Counted from the stretch's first letter, positions 46,781 to 56,973 are shown. The stretch: 64,000 nt of DNA from Dehalococcoidia bacterium (GCA_965222145.1 CBDCTG010000001.1:684146-748145); one strand, 5' to 3'. A program made the numbers and translations. The notes: generated by a model from the sequence alone, not told the origin.

Positions 46781-47557
46781 TTACAGATGTGGTTTGATCC
46801 AGCTTAGTCCTGCATCCGTCGTGGAGGCCGGAACATACTCGCAGCCGATCCAGCCGTCGTAGCCAATGTCGTCGAGGTACTTGAACAGGTAGGAGTAGTT
46901 AATCTCCCCCGTGCCCGGCTCATGGCGACCCGGATTGTCGGCTATCTGGATATGTCGGATGATATCCTGGTTGCGTTCGATGTTGCGGGCAAGATCGCCT
47001 TGCATAATCTGCATGTGATAAAGGTCGTGCTGCAAGAATAGGTTATCGGAACCCACGCGCTCGATGAGGTCGCGCGCCTGCTCCGGATAGTTGAGCACGA
47101 ACCCGGGAATGTCGATTGTGTTGATAGGCTCGATGAGCAGCCTGATGCCCGCCGCCCCGAGCTGCTCGGCGGCAAACTTTAGGTTGCTGATGATCGTGGC
47201 GTCCCTGTCTTCGTCTGACACGCCATCCTGGGCTAGGCCTGACAGGCAGTTGACCTGCGGGCAGTTCAGCGCGGTGGCGTACTCGATAGCTTTGCCCACG
47301 CCCTCCAGGAACTCGCCAACTCGGTCCGGATGGCAGGCAATGCCGCGCTCGCCGGCCGCCCAGTCGCCAGCCGGCAGGTTGTGAAGAACTTGCGCGAGGC
47401 CGTGTTGCTCCAGTTTCTCAGCGAGTTGGGCAGGTTCGTAGTCGTAAGGGAACAGGTACTCAACTCCCTTAAAGCCGGAGTTTGCGGCGGCGGCGAAGCG
47501 GTCGAGGAAATCGACCTCGTTGAACATCATGGTAAGGTTGGCTGCGAAATTTGGCAT
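46781..47557 (-). CDS. Hydroxypyruvate isomerase family (Hyi/OtnI-like) TIM-barrel protein
   Basis: MPNFAANLTMMFNEVDFLDRFAAAANSGFKGVEYLFPY is the classic Hyi N-terminus. I place the start at ATG 47557. Confidence 0.8.
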   Translation of the reverse strand: MPNFAANLTMMFNEVDFLDRFAAAANSGFKGVEYLFPYDYEPAQLAEKLEQHGLAQVLHNLPAGDWAAGERGIACHPDRVGEFLEGVGKAIEYATALNCPQVNCLSGLAQDGVSDEDRDATIISNLKFAAEQLGAAGIRLLIEPINTIDIPGFVLNYPEQARDLIERVGSDNLFLQHDLYHMQIMQGDLARNIERNQDIIRHIQIADNPGRHEPGTGEINYSYLFKYLDDIGYDGWIGCEYVPASTTDAGLSWIKPHL

Positions 47558-47615
47558 GTCAATCCTCTGGAAATAGTCGGTTGTCAGCAATCAGTATTCA
47601 TCAATTCTTGCGAGT

Positions 47616-48695
47616 CTAAGTCAGGCTTGACGGTTGTACAGGTCGCTCTTCGTCAGCGGCTTTATAGACTGCCATCGCCATCTGCATAGTGTGGCGAGAG
47701 AATGCAATGTCCATATCAGGCTGCTCGTCCCTTACGATGGAATCGATGAACTGGCGGGCCGCGCCGTTGAAGCCTTCAATCCAGTCCATTGGAACTTGGA
47801 TTCCTGTTGTCTCCGTGCCCTTGACGACCATCACGGGCGGCAGGTCAAGCATTTCCCCTGTACAGCGCGTTACCCATATTGCGCCCTTGCTGCCTTGAAT
47901 CTCAAAGAACTCGTCCGCGGCGTAGTACCTGCCTCGAATGGTCATCTCTGGTGCGGAGGAGTATTCCAGCACGCCGAGGCAATTCCTGTCTTTGAACTTC
48001 CATATCGCCGCGCTGGGCGTTTCGTCCAGATAGTCGTCAGACCTTGAGACGATACTCTGCACACTTTCGACCTCACCTATCCAGTTTATGGCTGTCGCGT
48101 ACTTGTGCCAGCCGTCGTCGTACAGCATCCCACCTGCATGTAGTGTGGGGTCGCGTCTCCAGGTATACGCTCCCGGCGAAACCACAATCTGCGAGTTGTC
48201 CAGCTTGCCGCGCACGGTTCTGATGCGAACCATTGACGGCTCGCCTATAACACCCGCGTCCAGCAATTCCTTGGCCTTCACAATTGGTGGGTAGTACAGG
48301 AAGTTCTCGGTAGTACGGTACTTCGTCGTCGCGCTTTGAAGAGCCGACTCAATCGTGTCGATTTCCGCGACCGTCGATGAGATCGGCTTCTGGCAGGAAA
48401 CATGTTTGCCGGCGTTCAGCCCGTCCACAATCTGCTGCGGGTGCAGGTGGGTAGGCGTGAGCAACTCTACGGCATCCACATCCGAGTCGTTTAGCAGGTC
48501 TTCGTAGCTGGCGTGGATGCGCGGGCTGATGCCCCACTGCTTGGCGCGCTGCTCGGCGCGTTCAGGCTGCGGGTCGCAGAGTGCAGTAATCTCGCAGTGC
48601 TCGTGCATCAGGTAGCCGGGCGCGTTCAGCTGCGAGATTGTGCCGCAGCCTACAATTGCCATTCTTACTTTGTCCAACTCCCGCCTCCCGCTCAT
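47616..48695 (-). CDS. Gfo/Idh/MocA-family NAD(P) oxidoreductase
   Basis: Rossmann N-terminus VRMAIVGCGTISQ plus a conserved EKP-like segment (VSCQKPIS), 359 aa. Confidence 0.85.
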   Translation of the reverse strand: MSGRRELDKVRMAIVGCGTISQLNAPGYLMHEHCEITALCDPQPERAEQRAKQWGISPRIHASYEDLLNDSDVDAVELLTPTHLHPQQIVDGLNAGKHVSCQKPISSTVAEIDTIESALQSATTKYRTTENFLYYPPIVKAKELLDAGVIGEPSMVRIRTVRGKLDNSQIVVSPGAYTWRRDPTLHAGGMLYDDGWHKYATAINWIGEVESVQSIVSRSDDYLDETPSAAIWKFKDRNCLGVLEYSSAPEMTIRGRYYAADEFFEIQGSKGAIWVTRCTGEMLDLPPVMVVKGTETTGIQVPMDWIEGFNGAARQFIDSIVRDEQPDMDIAFSRHTMQMAMAVYKAADEERPVQPSSLT

Positions 48696-48893
48696 GGAAA
48701 TTACGGCACAGGCATACTAAGCCGCTGTTGCCTTGTAGGATACCATCTGCAATGGAGTTTGGCACGATCAAGTGTGCATTTCGTCAGGTAATTTAGGTAC
48801 GATGTGCCAGCAAAAGAGAGGCGCTGTGTGCCTTTGATTAACGAATATCGCCCTATGCCTACTACGCTGGATGAGACAGTATCCGTATTTTCT

Positions 48894-50168
48894 CTAGCGG
48901 ATCCTATGAACGATGCCATCTTCCGACGTAATCAGCAACGAATTCTCGTCTGCCACGCCAACCGCCGACACAGGAAAGCCCAGCGATAGCTGCCAATCGA
49001 CCACGCCCGACGACGCATCCAGACCATAGACTGCGCCCGCCTGATTGCCCACGATAAGCGTTTTGCCCGCCAATGCTAAGTTCTCTGAAACGGGTGTCTC
49101 CGATGAGAACCTCCAGATGACCTCCCCCGATGCTGCGTCCACCGCCACCACTGTCTCTGCATAGTCAGGATGCCTTGCGACGAGAAACAGCCTGCCATCG
49201 CCCGATGCTGCTATGCGCGCAGTCAGACCTCCGATGCCTCTGTGATGCCAGGAATACCCCACAGGGTCGGGCGGGCGCGGCGCAGAGTTCCAAATCCAGA
49301 GTTTGGTCCACCAGAAGCGCAATGCCTTTTCCATAGGGATGTCCCGCGCGTGTATTTCAATCGCCTGAACGCTTCCCCGGTCACCAGACACGGCAACGAT
49401 GTCGCCCACAATGACGGGCATCCCCGCGACACCAAACCAGAGGCGCGTTGTGAGGCGACGTTTCCCCTTCCCTGCATCTATCAGATTCAGATGACTCTCG
49501 TCGCTCAGCACTGCGACTATGCCTTGAGAGTACGCCAGCGGACTGATGGCTTTGCCGCCCTCCGGTACGTGAGTCCATATCACATCTCCGGTAAGCGCGT
49601 CCAGTGCGTGTATTCTGCTGGAAGCAACATAAAGCAGACCCTCGTGTACGACAGGGCTTCCGTAAGGAATGTCTTCAGTTTCATAAGACCATACCTCACG
49701 CCCCGTACTGCTCTCCAGTGCGATGAGCCGTCCGTCCCTGGTGCCTGTGTATAGAATATCTCCCGCCGCAGTTGGTGGGTAGTCTGAAACACCGTTGAGT
49801 TGGTAAGTCCAGACAGGCCGTCCGGAATCGAGGTCCAGGGCAATGATTCGACCTGTCTGCGTTCGCTGTCCAGCCACGATAATTACCATGCCGCGATACG
49901 CCGTCGGCGGCGGGGAAATGGCTTCACTCGTGTTGAAGCTCCACTCAATACTGCCGGCTGGCGGCTTGGCAATTTCCTGAATTTGCTGCACCGATTCAGT
50001 GATCGAAGATGTTGGTAAAGACACCGGCAGCGAAATGTCGAAGTAATTCCAGATGCTTACCGACGCCATCAGTATGAAAATGCCAATGATCGCCGACGCA
50101 GGGAGTATCAAAAGCCAAGGCCTATTATTCCTGCGAGGATAGTCAGACTCGGGTGCGTGGAATCTCAT
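48894..50168 (-). CDS. Membrane-anchored PQQ-like (BamB-type) beta-propeller repeat protein
   Basis: N-terminal TM (PWLLILPASAIIGIFILMASVSIW) followed by repeated 'G..VW.Y' blades (RPVWTYQ, REVWSYE, DVIWTH, EVIWRF, VVDWQL). Confidence 0.75.
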   Translation of the reverse strand: MRFHAPESDYPRRNNRPWLLILPASAIIGIFILMASVSIWNYFDISLPVSLPTSSITESVQQIQEIAKPPAGSIEWSFNTSEAISPPPTAYRGMVIIVAGQRTQTGRIIALDLDSGRPVWTYQLNGVSDYPPTAAGDILYTGTRDGRLIALESSTGREVWSYETEDIPYGSPVVHEGLLYVASSRIHALDALTGDVIWTHVPEGGKAISPLAYSQGIVAVLSDESHLNLIDAGKGKRRLTTRLWFGVAGMPVIVGDIVAVSGDRGSVQAIEIHARDIPMEKALRFWWTKLWIWNSAPRPPDPVGYSWHHRGIGGLTARIAASGDGRLFLVARHPDYAETVVAVDAASGEVIWRFSSETPVSENLALAGKTLIVGNQAGAVYGLDASSGVVDWQLSLGFPVSAVGVADENSLLITSEDGIVHRIR

Positions 50169-50270
50169 ATATGCGCTTGCGTTCCTATTCGAACAGAACC
50201 TATTTGCTTCGGACGATATTGATGTTCGTCCATACAGTCAATACATTCCATTTGTCCACTCGCAACTGGT

Positions 50271-50299
50271 TTGACATGACAATATACCCAGTGTAATAT
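50271..50299 (+). promoter_or_regulatory. Putative sigma70-type promoter for the SBP/ABC operon
   Basis: TTGACA (50271-50276), 17-nt spacer, TAATAT (50294-50299), about 85 nt upstream of the ATG at 50384. Confidence 0.5.
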
Positions 50300-50383
50300 C
50301 GCCGCATGTTTGCAGACCGAGCAAACTGACGACTCAAGAGACCTACACGGATGCACCCTAGTTGCCTTCTTGGGGAGGAACAA

Positions 50384-52201
50384 ATGAATCGACTGTCGTT
50401 ATTAATTCTCGTCTTAATTGTAATCATCTCAAGTATGGCAATCGTTGCTTGCGGTTCTGCCGAGCCCCAGATCGTAGAGGTTGAAGTCGTAAAAGAAGTG
50501 GAAGTCGTCAAAGAAGTCCAAGTTGAGGTCGTCAAAGAAGTCCCCGTTGACCGCGAGGTCGTGAAAGAAGTGGAAGTCGTCAAGGAAGTCCAAGTTGAGG
50601 TCGTAAAGGAAGTCATCAAAGAGGTCGTGGTAGTCGCCACTCCGGTGAGACAGGCGCAGGAAGCCACCTTCGTGATGCGCGCACCCGAGCCTAATCCGAA
50701 GCGCGGTGGAAACCTTCGTACGGCCTTCGGTGTAACCATGACCAACTTCGATGTCCAGCAGGGCGCGGGCCCGCATGTTCTCGGACACTTGTACAACAAG
50801 CTCGTAACCAAGAACCTGGCAGACGGATTACGCACAATTGCTCCGGACCTCGCCGTTTCTTGGGAAGCTGCCCCAGACGGCAAGGCATACACGTTCAATC
50901 TCAGAGAAGGCGTAACATTCCACGACGGCACGCCGTTTAGCGCGGTAGATGCTGTCGCTAATTTTGAGCGAATAATTAACCCGCCAGCCGGAATATCCAG
51001 CAGGAGCAAGGACCTGCTCCCGATGATAGACACGGTGGACAAGGTCGACGACTATACTGTGAAGTTCAATCTGAACGCGCCCACGCCATTTTTCGTGGAG
51101 TTGCTCACCAGTTCACCGCTGCTGATCTACTCCAACAAATCCCTCGAAGAGAACAGCTACGACCTGCGGCAGATAGAAGTTGCGCCGGGCACGGGAGTCT
51201 TCAGATTTGTGAACCATGAACCCGGTGAGAAGTGGGAGTTCGAGGCGAACCCCGACTATTGGAATCCGGAGCTTCCCTATCTGGACAGCCTGACCATGCT
51301 CCATGTTCCCGCTTGGCCTGACAGAGGAACCGCCGTATTGACCGGACAGGCGGACTTCTCATGGAACATATCGCCCGATACGCACGCCGAAGCTAAGCGG
51401 AGGCAGGACTTGGGCGCGGTTACATACGACTGCCTCAACTCCCATAACTTCGCAATAAACAACGAGCGAGCCCCCTTCAGTGATCCAAGAGTGCGGCGTG
51501 CGATACACCTCGCAGTGAGTCGTCAGACGCAGATAGATGGGTACACTCCGGTTTGGGAGCCCACATTCGTTACTCGCTGGATTCCGAAGCCCAGCCCATT
51601 CGCCACCGACCCCAACGCAATCCTTCAGATGCCCGGCTTTAGGGCGGACAAGGAGGCAGACATTGCTGAGGCGAAGCGCCTTCTGGCGGAAGCTGGCTAC
51701 CCGGATGGTTTCGAGACGACTATCACGACGTGGAACCTGCCCACCACCGCAGAGGTGGCAGTTCCCCTGTTCGTGGACGAGCTGAGAAAGACGCTGAACA
51801 TTCGGGCGGATATCAAGTTGGTCGAGCGCGCGCTACAAAGCGAGATACTATCCAAGGGCGACTATGACATGTTCAGAAACGGCGACTACTCCGGTCAGAT
51901 ACTCGATCCATTCCCCATGTGGAACATCTACCTGAGGACGGGTGGATCACAGAACTGGTCGCGCTACGCCAACCCGGAATTTGACGCCGTGCTGGATAAA
52001 CTCGCGGTTGAACTCGACCCCTTCGGGCGCGCCGAACTCTTCAACCAGGGTATGGACATTCTAGACGCGAACCCGCCCTTCTATCACATCGGTTTCTGCG
52101 GCCACTCTCCCGCTTGGAGCAAGGATGTCAAGGGCATGTCGATGGATACCCGCCTGCACGTGCTCTGGGAGCGCCTCGACACCGCTTGGCTGGACAGGTA
52201 G
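50384..52201 (+). CDS. ABC transporter substrate-binding lipoprotein, family 5 (peptide/nickel/opine type)
   Basis: MNRLSLLILVLIVIISSMAIVAC lipobox, an E/V/K repeat linker, then a family-5 SBP core. GGGGAGG Shine-Dalgarno before ATG 50384. Confidence 0.9.
   Translation: MNRLSLLILVLIVIISSMAIVACGSAEPQIVEVEVVKEVEVVKEVQVEVVKEVPVDREVVKEVEVVKEVQVEVVKEVIKEVVVVATPVRQAQEATFVMRAPEPNPKRGGNLRTAFGVTMTNFDVQQGAGPHVLGHLYNKLVTKNLADGLRTIAPDLAVSWEAAPDGKAYTFNLREGVTFHDGTPFSAVDAVANFERIINPPAGISSRSKDLLPMIDTVDKVDDYTVKFNLNAPTPFFVELLTSSPLLIYSNKSLEENSYDLRQIEVAPGTGVFRFVNHEPGEKWEFEANPDYWNPELPYLDSLTMLHVPAWPDRGTAVLTGQADFSWNISPDTHAEAKRRQDLGAVTYDCLNSHNFAINNERAPFSDPRVRRAIHLAVSRQTQIDGYTPVWEPTFVTRWIPKPSPFATDPNAILQMPGFRADKEADIAEAKRLLAEAGYPDGFETTITTWNLPTTAEVAVPLFVDELRKTLNIRADIKLVERALQSEILSKGDYDMFRNGDYSGQILDPFPMWNIYLRTGGSQNWSRYANPEFDAVLDKLAVELDPFGRAELFNQGMDILDANPPFYHIGFCGHSPAWSKDVKGMSMDTRLHVLWERLDTAWLDR
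50471..50635 (+). repeat. In-frame tandem 15-nt (EVVKE-type) repeats encoding the SBP linker
   Basis: IVEVEVVKEVEVVKEVQVEVVKEVPVDREVVKEVEVVKEVQVEVVKEVIKEVVVV. It includes two near-identical blocks of about 54 nt (50489-50542 and 50552-50605). Confidence 0.85.
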
Positions 52202-52241
52202 TAGCGATCACTTTTCCGTTACTGAATCAGACATAAGCAAT

Positions 52242-52269
52242 CCCCCTCTCCGCGCAGTCGAAGAGGGGG
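52242..52269 (+). terminator. Hairpin downstream of the SBP gene (attenuator or stabiliser candidate)
   Basis: CCCCCTCT / AGAGGGGG forms an 8-bp stem with a 12-nt loop. There is no U-tract. It sits in the 208-nt gap between the SBP and the first permease. Confidence 0.3.
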
Positions 52270-52409
52270 CACATTTCCCAAGAATAAAATGTCCGAATTG
52301 AGCATTTTCGCTTGTGGAGATCAGCCGAACGGCGTCGGATCGGGCGACAGGCAAATTAGTCGTTGTGACACGTCAGGCCGCGGGAAGGTTGGTCGAAACG
52401 TATTAAACC

Positions 52410-53369
52410 ATGCGTAATTATCTTTACCAACGCCTCCTGTTAGCTATTCCCACGCTGTTTGGCGTTACCGCGCTCATATTCATTGCTATGCGTGTTTTGC
52501 CCGGAGATCCCCTTCTCGCCATTTACGGGGAGTCCTCCGGGCTGCACATCCTCACCGAGGAAGAGTTGAAGGGAGCCCGGGAGAGCCTTGGCTTGGACAA
52601 GCCGCTATACCTCCAGTACGCGAGTTGGATTGGAGATGTGCTGAAGGGCGATTTCGGCAGGTCATTCTGGCAGGACAGGCCCATCAGGGACACCATACTG
52701 CGACGCGGCCCCATTACGGCTGAAATTGCGGTGATCGCTGTAGCGCTCTCTTGGATAATCGGGTTGCCTGTGGGCTTGATTGCGGCGGCGTGGCGAAACA
52801 CGTGGATCGACTATGTGGTTCGTGTGGTCGTTACATTCTTCATGGCTGTGCCGAGCTTTTGGCTGGGCCTCACACTAATTCTTGCTACGGTACTCATCTG
52901 GCAGTGGAGGCCTCCTCTGACCATAATCCATCTATGGGACGACCCTTGGGGCAACTTGACGATAGTGATAGGCCCCGCTGTCGTAATGGCAATCAATATG
53001 GGAGCCGAGCTTGCCCGCATGAGCCGGGCCACTCTTTTGGAAGTCTTCAGCGAAGACTATGTGCGTACCGCAAGGGCCAAAGGGCTGGCTGAACGCCTTG
53101 TGATAGCGCGCCACGCCTTGCGAAACGCCCTGCTCCCGGTTGTAACCATTTCAGGTATTCAATTGGCGTTCCTGCTGGGCGGCTCGGTTGCGGTCGAGCG
53201 CGCCTTCGCCGTTCCCGGACTTGGCACAACCCTGGTGAACGGCATAGCCGAGCGCGACTGGATGATTATCCAGAATGTTGTTCTGCTGTACGGAATCTCT
53301 TTCGTGATAATCAATCTGGGCATTGATCTACTTTACGGCCTGCTGGACCCGCGAATTCGCTATCAGTAG
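52410..53369 (+). CDS. ABC transporter permease (DppB/OppB type)
   Basis: 319 aa, 6 TM, with the N-terminal MRNYLYQRLLLAIPTLFGVTALIF typical of DppB and the EAA-like loop YVRTARAKGL. Confidence 0.9.
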   Translation: MRNYLYQRLLLAIPTLFGVTALIFIAMRVLPGDPLLAIYGESSGLHILTEEELKGARESLGLDKPLYLQYASWIGDVLKGDFGRSFWQDRPIRDTILRRGPITAEIAVIAVALSWIIGLPVGLIAAAWRNTWIDYVVRVVVTFFMAVPSFWLGLTLILATVLIWQWRPPLTIIHLWDDPWGNLTIVIGPAVVMAINMGAELARMSRATLLEVFSEDYVRTARAKGLAERLVIARHALRNALLPVVTISGIQLAFLLGGSVAVERAFAVPGLGTTLVNGIAERDWMIIQNVVLLYGISFVIINLGIDLLYGLLDPRIRYQ

Positions 53370-53401
53370 CGCCGCTGTATCGCTCTTAAGGTCATTTAAC
53401 A

Positions 53402-54316
53402 ATGAAGGAAATCGGCAGCATCCCCGGGCAGCAGCCTGGTCGCAGTTCCATACCGGGCAGGTTCCGCCCTGCGTTCGGACTACTCTCCAGATTTTTCCGC
53501 ACTTCTCCAATTGGCGCGGTAGCTGCGACGTTTCTGGCATTTCTCATTCTGCTAGCCATTTCCGCCAATGTGATCGTGCCGAACGACCCTCTGGAAACCT
53601 TCCCCTCGTTCTTCAGGAAGGGGCCCTCGATGGAGCGTCCCCTTGGCAGCGATCACCTCGGAAGGGATGTGCTTAGCCGCGTCATCGTAGGCTCGCGCAC
53701 GTCGCTCTATGTCGCTATCCTGGCAGTAAGCATTAGCAAGTTAATAGGCTTCTCATGGGGCATTCTGACGGGCTATGCTGGTGGCAAATTCGACCTGATA
53801 AGCCAACGATTCCTCGACATACTCATGTCGTTCCCCGGCATCATACTTGCGATGCTCCTCCTGGTAGGAGTGGGATCAGGGCTCTACACGGTCATTGCCG
53901 CAATCGCCATCACCGGCGTTGCAGGCACGACTCGCGTGATCCGGTCCGTAACTCTGTCCATACGCGAGATGGAGTATGTAGAGGCAGGGCGCGCCTTGGG
54001 AGCATCGCCCCTGCGCATCATGTTCGTTCACATAACCCCGCAGTGCATCGCTCCCTTGATGGTGCTTGCCAGCGTCAGCCTTGGCGGCGCGATTTTCGCC
54101 GAGGCGGCGCTAAGCTTCTTGGGTCTTGGCATACCGCCACCCAATCCAAGCCTTGGCAACATGCTGGGAGGTGTGCTGGGCGACGCCTTCAAACCCCCTT
54201 GGTGGCTTGTCTTCTACCCCGGCATAACCATCACACTGACGATTCTCGCCTTCAACATCTTCGGCGACGGCATGCGTGACCACCTCGACCCTAGACTAAG
54301 GGGACGCCTCAACTAA
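53402..54316 (+). CDS. ABC transporter permease (DppC/OppC type)
   Basis: 304 aa with the pattern PLGSDHLGRDVLSRV and the EAA loop YVEAGRALGAS, typical of DppC. Confidence 0.9.
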   Translation: MKEIGSIPGQQPGRSSIPGRFRPAFGLLSRFFRTSPIGAVAATFLAFLILLAISANVIVPNDPLETFPSFFRKGPSMERPLGSDHLGRDVLSRVIVGSRTSLYVAILAVSISKLIGFSWGILTGYAGGKFDLISQRFLDILMSFPGIILAMLLLVGVGSGLYTVIAAIAITGVAGTTRVIRSVTLSIREMEYVEAGRALGASPLRIMFVHITPQCIAPLMVLASVSLGGAIFAEAALSFLGLGIPPPNPSLGNMLGGVLGDAFKPPWWLVFYPGITITLTILAFNIFGDGMRDHLDPRLRGRLN

Positions 54317-54418
54317 GACATCCGGCGGTCGGCTTCGATATGGGCTTGGATATTAGACGGCAACTCCCCGCACGGGGTTCAGGCATCGCGCCGCACGTAG
54401 GACCCCGTACTCGGAGAT

Positions 54419-54447
54419 TTGACACCGCCCTGTGAATGTCGCAAAAT
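54419..54447 (+). promoter_or_regulatory. Putative promoter for the aminotransferase gene
   Basis: TTGACA (54419-54424), 17-nt spacer, CAAAAT (54442-54447). Confidence 0.35.
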
Positions 54448-54548
54448 CCATTCGTCTTGAGGCAAAGTTGCCTCAAATTACTAAAAGGCGAAGTCGCCTC
54501 ATGTCACTACATGGCAAGGTCGCTTCATCTCACATCGAAAGTTGGGCT

Positions 54549-55730
54549 ATGGCTGTATCACGGAAAATACGCAACTTTATGGAGCAAGGCTCCTGGATAC
54601 GAAGAATGTTCGAGGAGGGTATCGAACTGAAGCGGCAGTTCGGTGACGAAAATGTCTTCGACCTGTCGCTTGGCAATCCGGTCATTCAGCCTCCACAGGA
54701 GTTCTTCGATGAGCTGCGGCGCATTGCCAACGATCCTCCGCCCGGCATTCATCGCTACATGCCGAACGCAGGGTATGCCGAGACGCGCGCGGCAGTGGCG
54801 GAACAGATCTCAACAGAGACGGGGCTCGACTTCACCGCAGATGAGATCGTGATGACATGCGGTGCGGGTGGCGCGCTGAACGTCGTTCTAAAGACGCTTC
54901 TCGACCCTGGCGATGAGATTGTCATCTTCTCGCCATTCTTCGTCGAGTATCACTTCTATGCTGACAACCACGGCGGCTCGTGCCGCGTTGTGCCGCCGGA
55001 CGAGAACTTTCTGCCAGACATGCAAGCGCTCCGCAACTCCCTCAATGAGCGAACAAGGGCTGTACTAATCAACTCGCCGAATAACCCCACGGGAGTGCTG
55101 TACAGCGCGGAGGTGGTCGACGAGATATGCTCTCTCATCAGAGAGGCGGAGGCGGAGCACGGACGCGAGATTTTTCTGGTGAGCGACGAGCCGTATCGAA
55201 AGTTGCTGTACGATGGGTTGGAATATCCGCACATATTCCATCACCGTCAGCGAAGCATCGTAGCCACATCACACTCCAAGGATCTCGCGCTGCCCGGCGA
55301 GCGCATCGGTTATATTGCGGCGCATCCCGACTACGAAGACAAGAGCGAACTGGCGGACGGGCTGGTGTTTTGCAATCGGACGCTCGGCTTCGTGAACGCA
55401 CCCGCACTGATGCAGCACATAGTCAGGGCGTTGCAATCAGTGAGCGTCGACATTGCCGAGTACCAGAAGAAGCGCGATTTCCTGTACGACAATCTGACGC
55501 AGATGGGATACAACATGATCAAGCCTCAAGGCGCTTTCTACATGTTCCCCGCGTCTCCCACGCCCGACGATGTGGAATTCGTCGCCGCGCTTCAGGAACA
55601 CAAGGTGCTTGTCGTGCCAGGGAGAGGCTTCGGACTGCCTGGCTATTTCCGCATATCTTACTGCTTGGACGACCACACTTTGGAAGGCGCGCTACCCGGC
55701 TTCGAGGCGGCGATCGAGGCTTACCGCTAG
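54549..55730 (+). CDS. PLP-dependent aminotransferase, class I/II (aspartate/aromatic type)
   Basis: About 393 aa from MAVSRKIRNF. LSLGNP, NSPNNPTG and SHSKDLALPGERIG (PLP lysine) motifs. I do not accept the ORF-track start at 54432. Confidence 0.85.
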   Translation: MAVSRKIRNFMEQGSWIRRMFEEGIELKRQFGDENVFDLSLGNPVIQPPQEFFDELRRIANDPPPGIHRYMPNAGYAETRAAVAEQISTETGLDFTADEIVMTCGAGGALNVVLKTLLDPGDEIVIFSPFFVEYHFYADNHGGSCRVVPPDENFLPDMQALRNSLNERTRAVLINSPNNPTGVLYSAEVVDEICSLIREAEAEHGREIFLVSDEPYRKLLYDGLEYPHIFHHRQRSIVATSHSKDLALPGERIGYIAAHPDYEDKSELADGLVFCNRTLGFVNAPALMQHIVRALQSVSVDIAEYQKKRDFLYDNLTQMGYNMIKPQGAFYMFPASPTPDDVEFVAALQEHKVLVVPGRGFGLPGYFRISYCLDDHTLEGALPGFEAAIEAYR

Positions 55731-55732
55731 CC

Positions 55733-56845
55733 TCATCGGGGGGGAATAGCGTCCTTCAAGCCAAAGCCCGTTGCAGCAACCAGAATCGACTCTGCGGGCG
55801 GAATCGTGCCGCTGCCTATGAGTGCCTCCACTCCTGCGAACGCCGCGGCTGACGTCGGCTCGACAAATATGCCCTCCTGCTCAGCGATTACTCGCTGCCA
55901 GCGCACAATGTCTGACTCCTCCACCGCGACTGCCGAACCGCCCGTTTCTCGCAAAGCGCGCAACGATTGGCGCAGACGCGGCGGGTTGGCAACAGCTATG
56001 CCGCCAGCGATCGTTGTGCCTGCAGTCGGCACGGGCTGGCCCTCGTCGATGAATGCTGCCGCAAGAGGCATTACGGCTCGGGCCTGAACCGCATGCAGCT
56101 TTGGAATGGCAGATATACGCCCGCAATTCCTGAGTTCGACGAATCCCCTGTGTGCGCCGATAAGCAGTGAGCCGTTGCCGACAGGTATGACTATGTGCTG
56201 CGGCAGGTCCTCTTCAAACTGGTCCGCAACCTCGTAAGCGAAAGTCTTAGTACCCTCAGTAAAGTATGGGCTGAGATTGTGCGAGGCATAGACCATGTCA
56301 TTACGCTCGGCGAAGCTAATCGCGGCGTCCGCTACTGCCTGCCGATCTCCGTCTATCAAGTGTATCTTCGCTCCATAGACTTCAATTTGGCTGACCTTGG
56401 CGGCAGGCGCGCTTGAGGGTGCAAAGATATGCGCCTGAATCCCTGCGCGCGCTGCATAGGCGGCTACCGATGCCCCCGCATTTCCCGAAGAATCCTCTAC
56501 CACCTCGGAGATGCCGAATTCTTTGGCGACACTCATCATCACCGCTGTGCCCCTGTCCTTGAACGATCCGGTTGGGTTCATCATTTCCAGCTTAGCGTAA
56601 AGACGATCAACTCCCAGACGCTTTCCGACACTGTCCAAATTCACCGAGGGCGTGTTGCCCTCGCCAAGCGCAATCGCATCGCCGAGGTGGTGCAATGGAG
56701 TCGGTAAATCGGAAGTGTCATTTGGGCGCTCCGGCGAAATGTAGGTAACATCGAGGACGCCGTCGCACTGAGTGCAGTGCAGTGTAGTCATGTCAGCGTG
56801 GTGATATACGGCGCATTCTGAGCATTGAAGGCTGATGTGGGACAA
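55733..56845 (-). CDS. thrC: Threonine synthase-like PLP enzyme (beta-family) with N-terminal zinc ribbon
   Basis: CSEC...CTQC ribbon, the PLP-lysine motif NPTGSFKDRG and SSGNAG. TTG start 8 nt after AGGAGGA. Confidence 0.75.
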   Translation of the reverse strand: MSHISLQCSECAVYHHADMTTLHCTQCDGVLDVTYISPERPNDTSDLPTPLHHLGDAIALGEGNTPSVNLDSVGKRLGVDRLYAKLEMMNPTGSFKDRGTAVMMSVAKEFGISEVVEDSSGNAGASVAAYAARAGIQAHIFAPSSAPAAKVSQIEVYGAKIHLIDGDRQAVADAAISFAERNDMVYASHNLSPYFTEGTKTFAYEVADQFEEDLPQHIVIPVGNGSLLIGAHRGFVELRNCGRISAIPKLHAVQARAVMPLAAAFIDEGQPVPTAGTTIAGGIAVANPPRLRQSLRALRETGGSAVAVEESDIVRWQRVIAEQEGIFVEPTSAAAFAGVEALIGSGTIPPAESILVAATGFGLKDAIPPR

Positions 56846-56973
56846 GTCGATCTTCCTCCTAGTATAGTCGCATTTGCCGGGTCAAAGACATTGAGATGCT
56901 ATGTGCCACCTGAATGCCTGTCAATGAATTGTTGGGCATCTGGCTGGCGATGTCGGTCCTTGATGATGACGTT

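Noticed and set aside
50471-50635. CRISPR-like regular short repeats
   Set aside because: The repeats are 15 nt, contiguous with no spacers, in frame within a lipoprotein gene, and no cas genes are present.
50200-51042. 280-aa ORF antisense to the SBP gene (Thr/Ser-rich, repetitive)
   Set aside because: It is the mirror image of the EVVKE repeat and the SBP coding region. It has no Shine-Dalgarno and no recognisable domain, whereas the plus-strand SBP has a lipobox, a Shine-Dalgarno and a family-5 core.
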